Positions 38,861 through 49,877 of a stretch of DNA of 64,000 nt are shown piece by piece. How positions within the stretch are numbered: position 1 is the first letter of the stretch; each line of letters starts with the position of its first letter. Source of the DNA: a candidate division WOR-3 bacterium (GTDB lineage: Bacteria; Hydrothermota; 32-111); the NCBI GenBank assembly GCA_037481815.1, contig JBBFKX010000001.1, positions 128,001-192,000 of the forward strand. Reading direction: 5' to 3'. Made by a program: the position numbers and the translations under genes. The notes beneath the pieces are model-generated. The model was not told the DNA's origin, searched no databases, and was given only the letters and a program-made list of their open reading frames with translations.

Positions 38861-39427
38861 ATGAAGAAGTTAATATTTTTCTTATCGATATTCTCTTTTT
38901 ACCTGTTATTCTCTGATAGTTTAAATTTTCTCCCAGCAGAGGGTGCAATGACAATGAACAACAGGGAATATTCAAAAAATTTGTTAAAACTGATAAAAAG
39001 TTCAAAAAAGACGATTCATATAATGATGCTTGAAGGCGGTTATTATCCTGAAAGAAAGGAAGGTGTGAACCAGAAGATTTATGAATCTTTGTTTGATGCG
39101 GTTAAAAGGGGTGTTGATGTTAAGATTGTTCTTGATCAGTCAGGTTTCAATCCGAATCAGAGTATAAGGAACAAAGATCTTGGGGACTTCTTAAAAAGTG
39201 GTGGTGTAAAGGTTTTTTATGATGATCCTGAAGTGACACTACATACAAAAGCGATGGTAATAGATTCCATTTTTGTTATAGTTGGTTCAACAAACTGGAG
39301 TTATCATGCACTTGATAAAAACAATGAGGCATCAATCCTGATAAAATCGGATACACTGGCTCATATATATGAAAATTATTTTTCTAAAATACTTGAAAAT
39401 TCATCTGATAAAATAACAGTTTTTTAA
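38861..39427 (+). CDS. secreted PLD-family (Nuc-like) nuclease/phosphodiesterase, single HKD, paralog
   Basis: HTKAMVID...GSTNWS..A..KNNE; signal peptide. Confidence 0.85.
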   Translation: MKKLIFFLSIFSFYLLFSDSLNFLPAEGAMTMNNREYSKNLLKLIKSSKKTIHIMMLEGGYYPERKEGVNQKIYESLFDAVKRGVDVKIVLDQSGFNPNQSIRNKDLGDFLKSGGVKVFYDDPEVTLHTKAMVIDSIFVIVGSTNWSYHALDKNNEASILIKSDTLAHIYENYFSKILENSSDKITVF

Positions 39428-39436
39428 GAGGTAAAA

Positions 39437-40345
39437 ATGAAAAAAAATTGTTCCATTTTATTCATTTTTCTTTTCTTTTTATCAATTTTTTCAAAAGATA
39501 TCGTAATAATACATACAAACGATATAAGAAATGTTCTTGAAAGAAGGGAAGCAACTTTTATAAACCCTGATTTTCCGCCAGTTCTTGGAGGAATCTATTC
39601 ACTATCGACAGCTATCAAATATGAAAGAGAAAAAGCTCTTAAAGAGGGGGCTATATTTCTTCTTTTTGATTCTGGCAATTTTGTTTTTAAAACTGTTGAT
39701 AACGATTCTGTCGATTTCATTAAACCTGCTTTGTATTTTAACCACATGGGTTATGATATCGTGAATCTTGGAATTGATGAGATAATAGCAGGTCCAGAGT
39801 TCTTTTTAAATTCTGTAAAATTATTTAATCCAAAACTTATCTCCTCAAATTTAAAGATTCTGAATTCAGATTTACAGCCTGAACGTTATGTGATAATCGA
39901 AAGAGAAGGGGTCAGAATCGGTGTATTCGGTTTATTATCTGAATATGCTTTATTGAATCTGGATGAAGATGTTGCTGAAAATTATATCATAAATAAAGAG
40001 ATCGATGTTGCAAAAGAGATGGTCGATATATTGAAAAAAAATAGATGTTCAATTATAATTGGTTTAACATCGGTTGGTCTTGAACATGACAGAATAATTG
40101 CAGAAAATGTGGAAGGTATAGATATTATTTTTGGTGGATTCGATGGAGTAGGTTTAAGGAATGCTATCGAAACACCAAAAAATCATACGATCATAATGAA
40201 AGGATACGGAGAGTTATCAAGTTTTGATAAGTTGATTTTGAAAGTTGATGATTTTGGAAGGATAATAGATTATCGATCCGAAGTTGTTACTCTTTTTGAA
40301 GAGAGATATCCAGAGGATAAAGAACTTGAAAAAATTTTAAAATAG
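39437..40345 (+). CDS. 5'-nucleotidase-like metallophosphoesterase N-domain, degenerate active site
   Basis: IIHTND, LFDSG, MGYD, RIGVFGL and GIDIIFGG scaffold; His ligands absent. Confidence 0.7.
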   Translation: MKKNCSILFIFLFFLSIFSKDIVIIHTNDIRNVLERREATFINPDFPPVLGGIYSLSTAIKYEREKALKEGAIFLLFDSGNFVFKTVDNDSVDFIKPALYFNHMGYDIVNLGIDEIIAGPEFFLNSVKLFNPKLISSNLKILNSDLQPERYVIIEREGVRIGVFGLLSEYALLNLDEDVAENYIINKEIDVAKEMVDILKKNRCSIIIGLTSVGLEHDRIIAENVEGIDIIFGGFDGVGLRNAIETPKNHTIIMKGYGELSSFDKLILKVDDFGRIIDYRSEVVTLFEERYPEDKELEKILK

Positions 40346-40357
40346 AGTGGAGGTTTT

Positions 40358-41854
40358 ATGACTCAAAAATTTAAAAATTTTATCAACGGAGAATGGGTTG
40401 ATTCAGTTACAAAAGAAACTTTTGAAAGCAGGATGCCAGCTGATTGGAGTAAAGTTGTAGGTATATTCCCGAAGTCGAATAAAGAGGATGTTGATCTTGC
40501 TGTTAGGGCAGCGAAAGAGGCATTTAAGAGTTGGAGAAAAGTACCAGCAGCAAAAAGAGGTGAACTACTTGGTAAAGTTGGCGATATAATGGTTAAAAGA
40601 AAAGAGGAAATAGCGAAACTGATGACAGAAGAAATGGGAAAAATAATTAAAGAAGCAAGGGGTGATGTTCAGGAAGGTATAGATACTGCATACTATGCGT
40701 TTGGAGAAGGAAGAAGATTTTTTGGAAGAACCTCTCCATCTGAACTCCCAAACAAGGTCGCTATAACTTTTTTAAGGCCGATAGGAGTCGCAGGACTTAT
40801 AACACCATGGAATTTCCCGATAGCGATACCAACCTGGAAAATGTTCCCGGCATTACTTTCTGGAAACACTGTTGTTTTAAAACCAGCATCAGATACTCCT
40901 GCACTCGCAACAAAACTTGTTGAGATAATGGAAGAAGCTGGATTTCCAAAAGGTGTTGTGAATCTCGTTCATGGTCCAGGTGGTGCTGTTGGAAATGCGA
41001 TTCTTGAACATAAGGATATTGGAGTTGTCTCTTTTACTGGTTCTTCTGAAATTGGAAGACATATCGCATCAGTTTGTGGAAGAACCTTGAAAAGAGTTTC
41101 TCTTGAATTGGGTGGAAAGAATGCTCAGATAGTTATGGATGATGCTGACATCGATCTTGCTGTAGATGGTGTTCTGTTTGGTGCTTTTGGAACAGCGGGA
41201 CAGAGATGCACAGCAACATCAAGGTTGATACTGCATGAAAAGATCCATGATCTTTTTGTTGAGAAACTGGTTAAAAGAACTGAAGAGTTGAAATTAGGTT
41301 ATCCATGGGATGAAAGCATAGATGTAGGTCCGGTGATCAACGAGTCATCTATGAACAAAATATTAGAATATGTTAAAATCGGGAAAGACGAGGGTGCAAA
41401 ACTTGTAACAGGTGGTTATAGATATCAGGAAGGTGTATGTAAAAATGGATGGTTTATTAAACCAACGATTTTTGTTGATGTTAAACCAGGAATGAGAATT
41501 GAGCAGGAAGAGATTTTTGGACCTGTTCTTTCAGTTATCAAAGTAAAAAGTTTTGAGGAAGCGATAGATGTTCTCAACGATGTTGAGTATGGACTTTCAA
41601 GTTCAATCTATACCAAAAATGTAAACCTTGCATTCAAGGCGATAGAGGATATTGATACTGGAATAACTTATGTCAATGGCCCAACGATAGGAGCAGAATG
41701 TCATCTCCCATTTGGAGGTACAAAGAATACAGGAAACGGTCATAGAGAAGGTGGATGGACTGTTTATGAGATATTCACAGAACAAAAAACTGTATATATA
41801 GATTATTCCGGTAAATTGCAGAAAGCGCAAATAGATGTCAGTATAGAAAAATAA
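40358..41854 (+). CDS. NAD(P)-dependent aldehyde dehydrogenase
   Basis: TPWNFP, FTGS, LELGGKN, GQRCT, EEIFGPV. Confidence 0.95.
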   Translation: MTQKFKNFINGEWVDSVTKETFESRMPADWSKVVGIFPKSNKEDVDLAVRAAKEAFKSWRKVPAAKRGELLGKVGDIMVKRKEEIAKLMTEEMGKIIKEARGDVQEGIDTAYYAFGEGRRFFGRTSPSELPNKVAITFLRPIGVAGLITPWNFPIAIPTWKMFPALLSGNTVVLKPASDTPALATKLVEIMEEAGFPKGVVNLVHGPGGAVGNAILEHKDIGVVSFTGSSEIGRHIASVCGRTLKRVSLELGGKNAQIVMDDADIDLAVDGVLFGAFGTAGQRCTATSRLILHEKIHDLFVEKLVKRTEELKLGYPWDESIDVGPVINESSMNKILEYVKIGKDEGAKLVTGGYRYQEGVCKNGWFIKPTIFVDVKPGMRIEQEEIFGPVLSVIKVKSFEEAIDVLNDVEYGLSSSIYTKNVNLAFKAIEDIDTGITYVNGPTIGAECHLPFGGTKNTGNGHREGGWTVYEIFTEQKTVYIDYSGKLQKAQIDVSIEK

Positions 41855-41878
41855 AGGGGAATTTATTTCCCCTTTTTT
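41853..41878 (+). terminator. putative intrinsic terminator
   Basis: AAAGGGGAA-TTTAT-TTCCCCTTT followed by a T run. Confidence 0.65.
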
Positions 41879-41892
41879 GAAAAGGAGTTTTA

Positions 41893-42378
41893 ATGAAAAG
41901 GTTTTTTTATATTTCAATTTTAATTGTTTTATTTTTTACATCGTGTATGTTACTCCCTTTACCTCAGAGTGCTGAACTTGAGTTGAGTTATTCTCCAAAC
42001 CCAGTAACGGACGGAACGTACAGTGCAACAAATGGTTGGTCATTCTATGCTGATATTACCATAAAAGAAAACAACAATATTGGTGTTACACTCGGTAATT
42101 ACGGACCAGAAGGATGCTGTTGTTATGGACAACTCATAGTAAACGGTAATGTCGTTGAAACCTATTATTATGATGATGATGAAGTTAAGAGTTGGTTCGG
42201 TACTTTAAGGATAGATGGTGGAAGTTCTATTAAAGAAGATAATGCGCTTTTCACGACCGGAAACTATACCTCTTCAGAAATGGTTGAAACTTATTATGGC
42301 AAAGATGATAACGGTAACATAGTGAGTTGTACGAATACATTAGTATTGAATGCAACAAAAAAAATTAAAAAAATATGA
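41893..42378 (+). CDS. hypothetical lipoprotein
   Basis: Lipobox FTSC; AAGGAG RBS. Confidence 0.7.
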   Translation: MKRFFYISILIVLFFTSCMLLPLPQSAELELSYSPNPVTDGTYSATNGWSFYADITIKENNNIGVTLGNYGPEGCCCYGQLIVNGNVVETYYYDDDEVKSWFGTLRIDGGSSIKEDNALFTTGNYTSSEMVETYYGKDDNGNIVSCTNTLVLNATKKIKKI

Positions 42379-42893
42379 AATGCCCGTACTGTGGTTTTGA
42401 AGAAAATAGAGTTATAGATTCAAGAGCGAGTAAAGATGGCCAGAGTGTTAGAAGAAGAAGGGAATGTCTTCAATGTAAAAAAAGGTTTACAACATATGAG
42501 TATGTTGAAAAAACACCTTTACTCGTTATCAAAAGGGATGGCAGAAGAGAACCGTATGCAAGAGACAAACTGATAGAAGGTATCAGAACCGCCTGCAGGA
42601 AAAGGCCTGTTTCAAATGAAAGTATCAACAAAATAGTTGAAGATGTTGAAAGAAAACTCTTTGCAAAAGAATCTGAGGAGGTGGAATCAAAAATCATCGG
42701 AGAGATCGTTATGGAACAATTAAAGGAGATAGATGAGATCTCCTATGTCAGATTTGCTTCCGTCTACAGACAATTCAAAGATATGAACGAGTTTATAGAT
42801 GAGTTGAACTCGCTCTTAAACAAAGGAGACAAAAATGGTAATAAAAGAGACAAACATAAAAGAATTAAGGATGATATCAAAGGGAAAGGTTAG
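42375..42893 (+). CDS. nrdR: transcriptional repressor NrdR
   Basis: MKCPYC..VIDSR..RRRRECLQCKKRFTTYE; ATP cone; YVRFASVY. Confidence 0.96.
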   Translation: MKCPYCGFEENRVIDSRASKDGQSVRRRRECLQCKKRFTTYEYVEKTPLLVIKRDGRREPYARDKLIEGIRTACRKRPVSNESINKIVEDVERKLFAKESEEVESKIIGEIVMEQLKEIDEISYVRFASVYRQFKDMNEFIDELNSLLNKGDKNGNKRDKHKRIKDDIKGKG

Positions 42894-43719
42894 AGATATA
42901 TATGAGTTTGAAAATGATAAACTTCTTATTGTAACAACGGATAGAATATCAGCATTCGATTTTGTGCTTGAAAATGGAATTGAGGGAAAAGGAAAAGTTT
43001 TAAACAAACTATCGAAATTCTTTTTTGAACTCACAAAAAATATCGTTAAAAACCATTTTCTCTATGATGATTTTGATTCACTTCCAAAGGAACTAAAAAA
43101 GTATGAATACTTAAAAGATAGATTTATGATAGTCAGGAAAGCAAAACCGATTCCTTTTGAATGCATCGTGAGAGGTTATATAACTGGAAGCGCTTGGAGT
43201 GAATATGTTAAAACGCAAACTGTTGGAGGTAGTTTTATGAGGGGAGGATATTTTGAATCAGAAAAATTTGATGAACCTCTTTTTACTCCAACAACAAAAG
43301 CGGAAACAGGACACGATGAAAATGTTTCGTTTGAATATATGAGAGAAAAACTTGGCGATGAACTTGCAAAGAAGTTGAAAGATTTATCACTCCAACTTTA
43401 CAGATTTGGGTCAGAGTTCCTTTCAGAAAAAAATATCATTCTTGCTGATACAAAATTCGAATTTGGATTACTTGATGGTGAAGTGATTCTTATCGATGAA
43501 ATTTTTACTCCCGATTCTTCAAGATTCTGGTTAAAGGAAACATATGAGGTTGGAAAAAAGCAGGAACCTTTTGATAAACAACTCATCAGAAATTATCTTC
43601 TTTCAACCGATTGGGATCGAAAATCGCAACCTCCACAACTTTCAGATGAGATAGTCGAAAAAACTTCTGAAATATATAAAAAAATATACAATTTGATCAC
43701 AGATGAAAAAATATCCTGA
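42835..43719 (+). CDS. purC: SAICAR synthase
   Basis: GKVRDIY, DRISAFD, ECIVRGY, DTKFEFG, DEIFTPDSSRFW. Confidence 0.96.
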   Translation: MVIKETNIKELRMISKGKVRDIYEFENDKLLIVTTDRISAFDFVLENGIEGKGKVLNKLSKFFFELTKNIVKNHFLYDDFDSLPKELKKYEYLKDRFMIVRKAKPIPFECIVRGYITGSAWSEYVKTQTVGGSFMRGGYFESEKFDEPLFTPTTKAETGHDENVSFEYMREKLGDELAKKLKDLSLQLYRFGSEFLSEKNIILADTKFEFGLLDGEVILIDEIFTPDSSRFWLKETYEVGKKQEPFDKQLIRNYLLSTDWDRKSQPPQLSDEIVEKTSEIYKKIYNLITDEKIS

Positions 43720-46183
43720 TAGTTTGCTTAGAAAAGTCAAAAATCCAGTTCAGTATATAGGTAATGAGTTCAATTTGATAAAAAAGGATCCTGAAAAAAA
43801 AATAAGGATTTTACTTTCCTTTCCTGATCTATACTCAATAGGAATGTCCTCTCTCGGGCATCTTTTGAATTATTATTATTTCAACTCTTATGATGATGTT
43901 TACGCTGAAAGGGTATACGCTGTAGAAAAAGATATGGAAGAACTTTTGAGAGAAAAGCAAATCTCTCTTCTTTCGCTTGAAACGAAAACTCAGATAAAAG
44001 ATTTTGACCTTATCGGATTCACTGTTGAATATGAGTTAACATTCACAAATATTTTGCAGATCCTTGATCTTGGCAAAATCCCTTTATTCTCAAGAGATAG
44101 AGATGAAAGGTATCCTCTTATCATCGCTGGTGGAACTGTTACTTTTAACCCTCTTCCGATAAAAGATTTTGTTGATATTTTCTTTATTGGTGAAAGTGAA
44201 GAGATGGTTGAGGATATAATTTCAATAATGAGAAAATTAAAATGGGGGGAAATCACAAAGTATCAGGCATTACAACTTTTTGATCAACTCGATTACACAT
44301 ACATACCACAACTTTCAGGGAAAAATAAAGATGTTTTCCAAAGAATAGATGAAGGATTTTACGAAAGAAAAAATTTTACAAATCCGATAATCCCTATCGG
44401 TAAAACGGTTTATGAAAGGGATGTTGTCGAGATAAGCAGGGGCTGCACGAGAGGGTGTAGATTCTGTCAGGCAGGATACATCTATAGACCTGTAAGAGAA
44501 AAGAAAAAGGAACTCATTATCAGTGATTGCACGGAAATTGTAAAAAATTCCGGTTACGATGAGATAACACTTTTGTCTTTGTCCGCAACCGATTATAGAG
44601 AACTTTTTCCACTTTTAAAAAACTTAAACAAAAATCTTTCGAAAAACAAAGTATCTATTTCGCTTCCTTCTTTGAGGATCGGTGAAATCAAAAATGATCT
44701 TTTGAAAGAGATTTCGGATATAAGAAAATCTGGTTTAACAATAGCAGTTGAAACAGGTTCAGAAAGGTTAAAAAAGGTTATAAACAAAAACATATCTAAC
44801 GATGAAATCTTTGAGACGATAGAAAGAGGGAAAAATCTTGGTTGGAAACATATAAAACTTTATTTTATGGTTGGACTGCCTTATGAAAATGATAATGATA
44901 TTGAAGAAAGTGTGAATTTATTGAATGATCTTGGTAAAAGATTTAAAGAATTTGTTATAAATGTTTCAATATCTCCATTTGTTGCAAGACCCTTTACTCC
45001 GTTTCAATGGGTGAAACAGGATGATATAGAAACAACAAAAGAAAAAATTTCAAAAATTTTAAATGGAGTCAAATACAAAAATGTTCATATCACCTACAGG
45101 GATCCAGAGATCTCATTTCTTGAGGGGGTTTTTGCAAGAGGTGATGAAAAGTTAAACCCTCTTGTTTATGAAGCTTACAAAAAAGGTTGTCGTCTCGATG
45201 AATGGAGTGAATATTTTGATTTTAAAAAATGGTATGAAGCATCACAAAATGTTGGTATTGAAATGGGGAATTATTTAAGAGAAAGAATGATTGACGAAGA
45301 GTTACCATGGGATTTTATAAACTGTAAGGTTTCTAAAAGTTATCTTGAAAAAGAGTATCTTGCATCACAGAAAGAGATTTTTACAGAAGATTGTCGAAGG
45401 GATAAGTGTACAGGATGTGGAGCATGTAAAGGTGAAATCGCTGGTGAACTTATCGAAGAAAAATCTGAACAGTTTTCAAATGTCAACGATTTTATCAGAA
45501 GAAAACAGAAAAAATTGATAAACCCGTTGGTTAAGAAAACGAAACTTCTTTTACTTTATTCTGTTGATCCGGTGTTCCAATATGTATCACATCTTAACAT
45601 GATAAACATTTTAAATACTGGTTTTCGAAGATCAAAACTCCCATTTGTTTATACACAAGGGTTCAATCCAAGGATAAAGATGAATCTGGGTTATCCAAAA
45701 CCGGTTTTTGTTTATTCTCAGATGGAGATGGTTGAAGTTTATCTTGAAGGTTTGTTTGTTGATAATATTCTTGATGTTCTAAATAGATCTTTCCCTGATG
45801 GAATAAGATTTTTCTATGCAAAAGAACTATTGAATGAAAAGGATTCAGTGATCTCAAAAATCAACAGGAGTGTGATGGTTTTTGAACTGGATGTTCAACA
45901 GAAGAATATTGATTGTGTTAAAAGGTTTCTTGAAAGTGAACATTTCCCTGTAAAAAGAGTTATAAAAGAAAGAGAAGAAGAAGTTGATATCAGAAAATAT
46001 ATTGATATAATTGAAATAGGTAAAGGATTTATGAAGGTGGTTTTAATTTTGGGAAAGGAAGGGAACATAAAATTTGAAGAATTGTATAAAAAGGTTTTAT
46101 GTATTGATGAACTTAAGGATATAAATGTTTACAGAGAAAAATTTTTCATCTCTGAAAATGGAAAGATAATTGAGGTTAGATGA
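43703..46183 (+). CDS. TIGR03960-type radical SAM protein fused to TIGR03936/DUF2344-like domain
   Basis: FPDLYSIGMS, CTRGCRFC, KLYFMVGLP; C-terminal SHL...YTQGFNPR; upstream of rng. Confidence 0.88.
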   Translation: MKKYPDSLLRKVKNPVQYIGNEFNLIKKDPEKKIRILLSFPDLYSIGMSSLGHLLNYYYFNSYDDVYAERVYAVEKDMEELLREKQISLLSLETKTQIKDFDLIGFTVEYELTFTNILQILDLGKIPLFSRDRDERYPLIIAGGTVTFNPLPIKDFVDIFFIGESEEMVEDIISIMRKLKWGEITKYQALQLFDQLDYTYIPQLSGKNKDVFQRIDEGFYERKNFTNPIIPIGKTVYERDVVEISRGCTRGCRFCQAGYIYRPVREKKKELIISDCTEIVKNSGYDEITLLSLSATDYRELFPLLKNLNKNLSKNKVSISLPSLRIGEIKNDLLKEISDIRKSGLTIAVETGSERLKKVINKNISNDEIFETIERGKNLGWKHIKLYFMVGLPYENDNDIEESVNLLNDLGKRFKEFVINVSISPFVARPFTPFQWVKQDDIETTKEKISKILNGVKYKNVHITYRDPEISFLEGVFARGDEKLNPLVYEAYKKGCRLDEWSEYFDFKKWYEASQNVGIEMGNYLRERMIDEELPWDFINCKVSKSYLEKEYLASQKEIFTEDCRRDKCTGCGACKGEIAGELIEEKSEQFSNVNDFIRRKQKKLINPLVKKTKLLLLYSVDPVFQYVSHLNMINILNTGFRRSKLPFVYTQGFNPRIKMNLGYPKPVFVYSQMEMVEVYLEGLFVDNILDVLNRSFPDGIRFFYAKELLNEKDSVISKINRSVMVFELDVQQKNIDCVKRFLESEHFPVKRVIKEREEEVDIRKYIDIIEIGKGFMKVVLILGKEGNIKFEELYKKVLCIDELKDINVYREKFFISENGKIIEVR

Positions 46184-47670
46184 TGAATGAACTTTTTATT
46201 TCTAAAGTTGAAAATAGTATAATCATCGCGTTGAAAGAGGATTCAAAACTGGTTGAGATCAGTGTTGATGATACAACGAAAAGTTCACTAGTTGGAAATA
46301 TTTATAAAGCAAGGATCGAACATATTTCAGAAGGTATACAGGCAGCTTTTGTTGATATTGGAGAAAAAAAGAAAGCATTTCTTCCTTTGAATACTCCTGA
46401 TGGCAAAGTGAAATTTGAATATTTTGGTGAGATCGATGAGGATGTTGAAAATTTTATGGAAATAAAGGAGGGAGATGAGATCCTTGTACAGGTTGTGAGA
46501 GACGAGATAAACTCGAAAGGTGCAAAACTCTCATCTTACATTTCAATCGCTGGAAATTATCTGATTCTTGTCCCATTTGTCCATTTTATCGGAGTATCAA
46601 AACAGATAAAAGATAAAGAGTTCAAGTCATCGATAAAATCTTTCATATATTCTTTTTTACCTCAGGATATGGGAGTTATAGTGAGAACTGCTGCACTTGA
46701 TGCAAAACCCACGATTTTGAAAAAAGAATTTTTTGAACTTTTAAAAATATGGGATAAGATAGTAAAAAACATTGATAAGAAAAAATCTCCTACATTACTT
46801 TATAGGGAATCTTCTCTTGTGATAAAAACGATTAGAAATCTGATGAAAAGAAACCTTGATTCTATATATGTTGATTCCAGAGAGATTTTCAATGAAGTTA
46901 CAAATTATTTAACATTTATAAACCCTCTGTTGAAAAGTAAAGTTAATCTTTATAAATTTAAAATTCCAATGCTTTCTTACTTTGAGATTGATAAGGAAAT
47001 AGAGAAGATGACAAAACCTGAAGTTTATCTGAAAGGTGGTGTTTCCATAGTTATCGAAACTACTGAAGCTTTAACAGCAATAGATGTGAATTCAGGAAAA
47101 ATTTCAAAAAGTCGAGATGATAATAATCTAGTTAAAGATATCAACCTTATGGCAGCTGAAGAGATTGCAAGACAATTGAGGTTAAGAGATATAGGTGGTC
47201 TTATCGTTATAGATTTTATCGACATGGATGATGAACAGTCAAGGAAAGAAGTTTTCAATTATCTGAAAAAATGTTTAAAAAATGATCGTTCAACGACAAA
47301 GACCTTGAAACTTTCACAGTTTGGCCTGGTTGAAATGACGAGGAAAAAGATCGGGCCTTCAGTTACTATGAATTTTGTAGAGAAATGTCAATGTTGTGAT
47401 GGGAGAGGATATATTGCAAAACCAATATTTCTTGGCTTGAAACTTACAAGATGGATCAAAGAGAATATTAAAAACTATACAAACGATACTCTAATAATAA
47501 ACTGCAATAAAGAACTATCTGATGTCATTGAAAAGGATCTTTATAAATATTTTGAAAGTTTAATGAAAGATTATAAAGTTAATATTAAAATAGAAAAAAT
47601 CGATTCATTTAAAACAGGTTATGAGATATACTCGTTAAACAAACTTGAAAAAATCGCTTATGTGTTTTAA
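46180..47670 (+). CDS. rng: ribonuclease G/E family
   Basis: GNIYKA, AAFVDIG, TEALTAIDVNSG, RLRDIGGLIVIDFIDM. Confidence 0.92.
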   Translation: MMNELFISKVENSIIIALKEDSKLVEISVDDTTKSSLVGNIYKARIEHISEGIQAAFVDIGEKKKAFLPLNTPDGKVKFEYFGEIDEDVENFMEIKEGDEILVQVVRDEINSKGAKLSSYISIAGNYLILVPFVHFIGVSKQIKDKEFKSSIKSFIYSFLPQDMGVIVRTAALDAKPTILKKEFFELLKIWDKIVKNIDKKKSPTLLYRESSLVIKTIRNLMKRNLDSIYVDSREIFNEVTNYLTFINPLLKSKVNLYKFKIPMLSYFEIDKEIEKMTKPEVYLKGGVSIVIETTEALTAIDVNSGKISKSRDDNNLVKDINLMAAEEIARQLRLRDIGGLIVIDFIDMDDEQSRKEVFNYLKKCLKNDRSTTKTLKLSQFGLVEMTRKKIGPSVTMNFVEKCQCCDGRGYIAKPIFLGLKLTRWIKENIKNYTNDTLIINCNKELSDVIEKDLYKYFESLMKDYKVNIKIEKIDSFKTGYEIYSLNKLEKIAYVF

Positions 47671-48687
<1,017 letters not shown>

Positions 48688-48689
48688 TT

Positions 48690-49877
48690 ATGAGATTTAA
48701 AAAGGTTGATCAGTTGAATGTTAAAAACAAAAATGTTTTAATAAGAGTAGATTACAATGTTCCAATCGAAAATGGAAAGGTTCTTGAAAACAAAAGGATC
48801 GTGGAGAATTTGCCAACCCTGGAATATTTAATTGAAAATGGTGCAAAAATCATAATACTTTCTCACCTTGGCAGACCTAAAGGTTTTGATAAGCAATTTT
48901 CATTGTTGCCTGTTAAAGAAGAACTTGAAAAGTTGCTAAAAAGGGAAGTCCTCTTTGTTGATGATTTTCTTGTTGAAGGAGTAAAAGAAAAAATTGATTC
49001 TCTTCCCAATCCATCGGTGATCATGTTTGAAAATGTGAGGTTTTTCAAAGGAGAAAAGGATGGTGAAGAGAGTTATGTTAACAAACTTCTCTCTTTTGGA
49101 GATGTTTATGTTAACGATGGGTTTGCTGTTTCACACAGAAAAGAAGCATCCATATATCATCTTCCTTTAAAAATCAAAGATAGATGTGCAGGATTTTTGC
49201 TATCAAAAGAGATCGAAAATCTTTCAAAATTGAACGAAAACCCTTTAAAACCTTATGTTTTTGTTGTTGGTGGTTCAAAAGTTTCAACAAAACTGACAAT
49301 AATAGATAATATCATGAACAATGCATCGACTGTTATTATCGGAGGTGCTTTATCTTTTACATTTTTAAAATCACAGGGATTTTCTGTTGGGAAATCTCTT
49401 GTTGAAGATGACATGATCGATGAATGCAAAAAGATATTCAAAATCGCTAATGAAAAGATGGTCAACATCCTTTTACCACTCGATTTTGTTGTTGCAAAAA
49501 ATCTTGATGGAACAGGTAGAAGAGTTGAAAAGAGAGAATCGTTTGAAAACGATGATATCGGTCTTGACATTGGACCACTTTCGATAGAAATTTTTAAAGC
49601 TGCTTTAAAAGGTTCAAAAACCATCGTCTGGAATGGTCCGATGGGGTATTTTGAAAACAGTTTATTTGAGAAGGGAACACTTGAAATCGGTAAAGCGATA
49701 GCAGAGGAAACAGAAAAGGGATCCTTTACCGTTGCAGGTGGTGGTGACAGTTTACTCGCAATAGATAAACTAAACCTTTCCTCTTCTTTTTCATTTATTT
49801 CAACCGGTGGTGGAGCCATGCTTGAATTTTTAGGTGGTGTTGAGATGCCAGGGATAAAGGTTCTTCAGGAGGAATGA
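48690..49877 (+). CDS. pgk: phosphoglycerate kinase
   Basis: RVDYNVP, SHLGRP, WNGPMG, GGGDS, STGGGA; start ATG 48690 after GAGG. Confidence 0.96.
   Translation: MRFKKVDQLNVKNKNVLIRVDYNVPIENGKVLENKRIVENLPTLEYLIENGAKIIILSHLGRPKGFDKQFSLLPVKEELEKLLKREVLFVDDFLVEGVKEKIDSLPNPSVIMFENVRFFKGEKDGEESYVNKLLSFGDVYVNDGFAVSHRKEASIYHLPLKIKDRCAGFLLSKEIENLSKLNENPLKPYVFVVGGSKVSTKLTIIDNIMNNASTVIIGGALSFTFLKSQGFSVGKSLVEDDMIDECKKIFKIANEKMVNILLPLDFVVAKNLDGTGRRVEKRESFENDDIGLDIGPLSIEIFKAALKGSKTIVWNGPMGYFENSLFEKGTLEIGKAIAEETEKGSFTVAGGGDSLLAIDKLNLSSSFSFISTGGGAMLEFLGGVEMPGIKVLQEE

Noticed and set aside
38277..39427. PLD pair as an anti-phage defence system or cardiolipin synthase
   Set aside because: Both proteins have signal peptides and a single HKD, with no helicase, ATPase or methylase partners and no cardiolipin synthase architecture.
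40358..41854. Aldehyde dehydrogenase as the deoxyribose-catabolism member of the DNA locus
   Set aside because: It is co-directional and close, but no deoC/deoB/deoA genes are present and the substrate cannot be inferred; left out of the system call.
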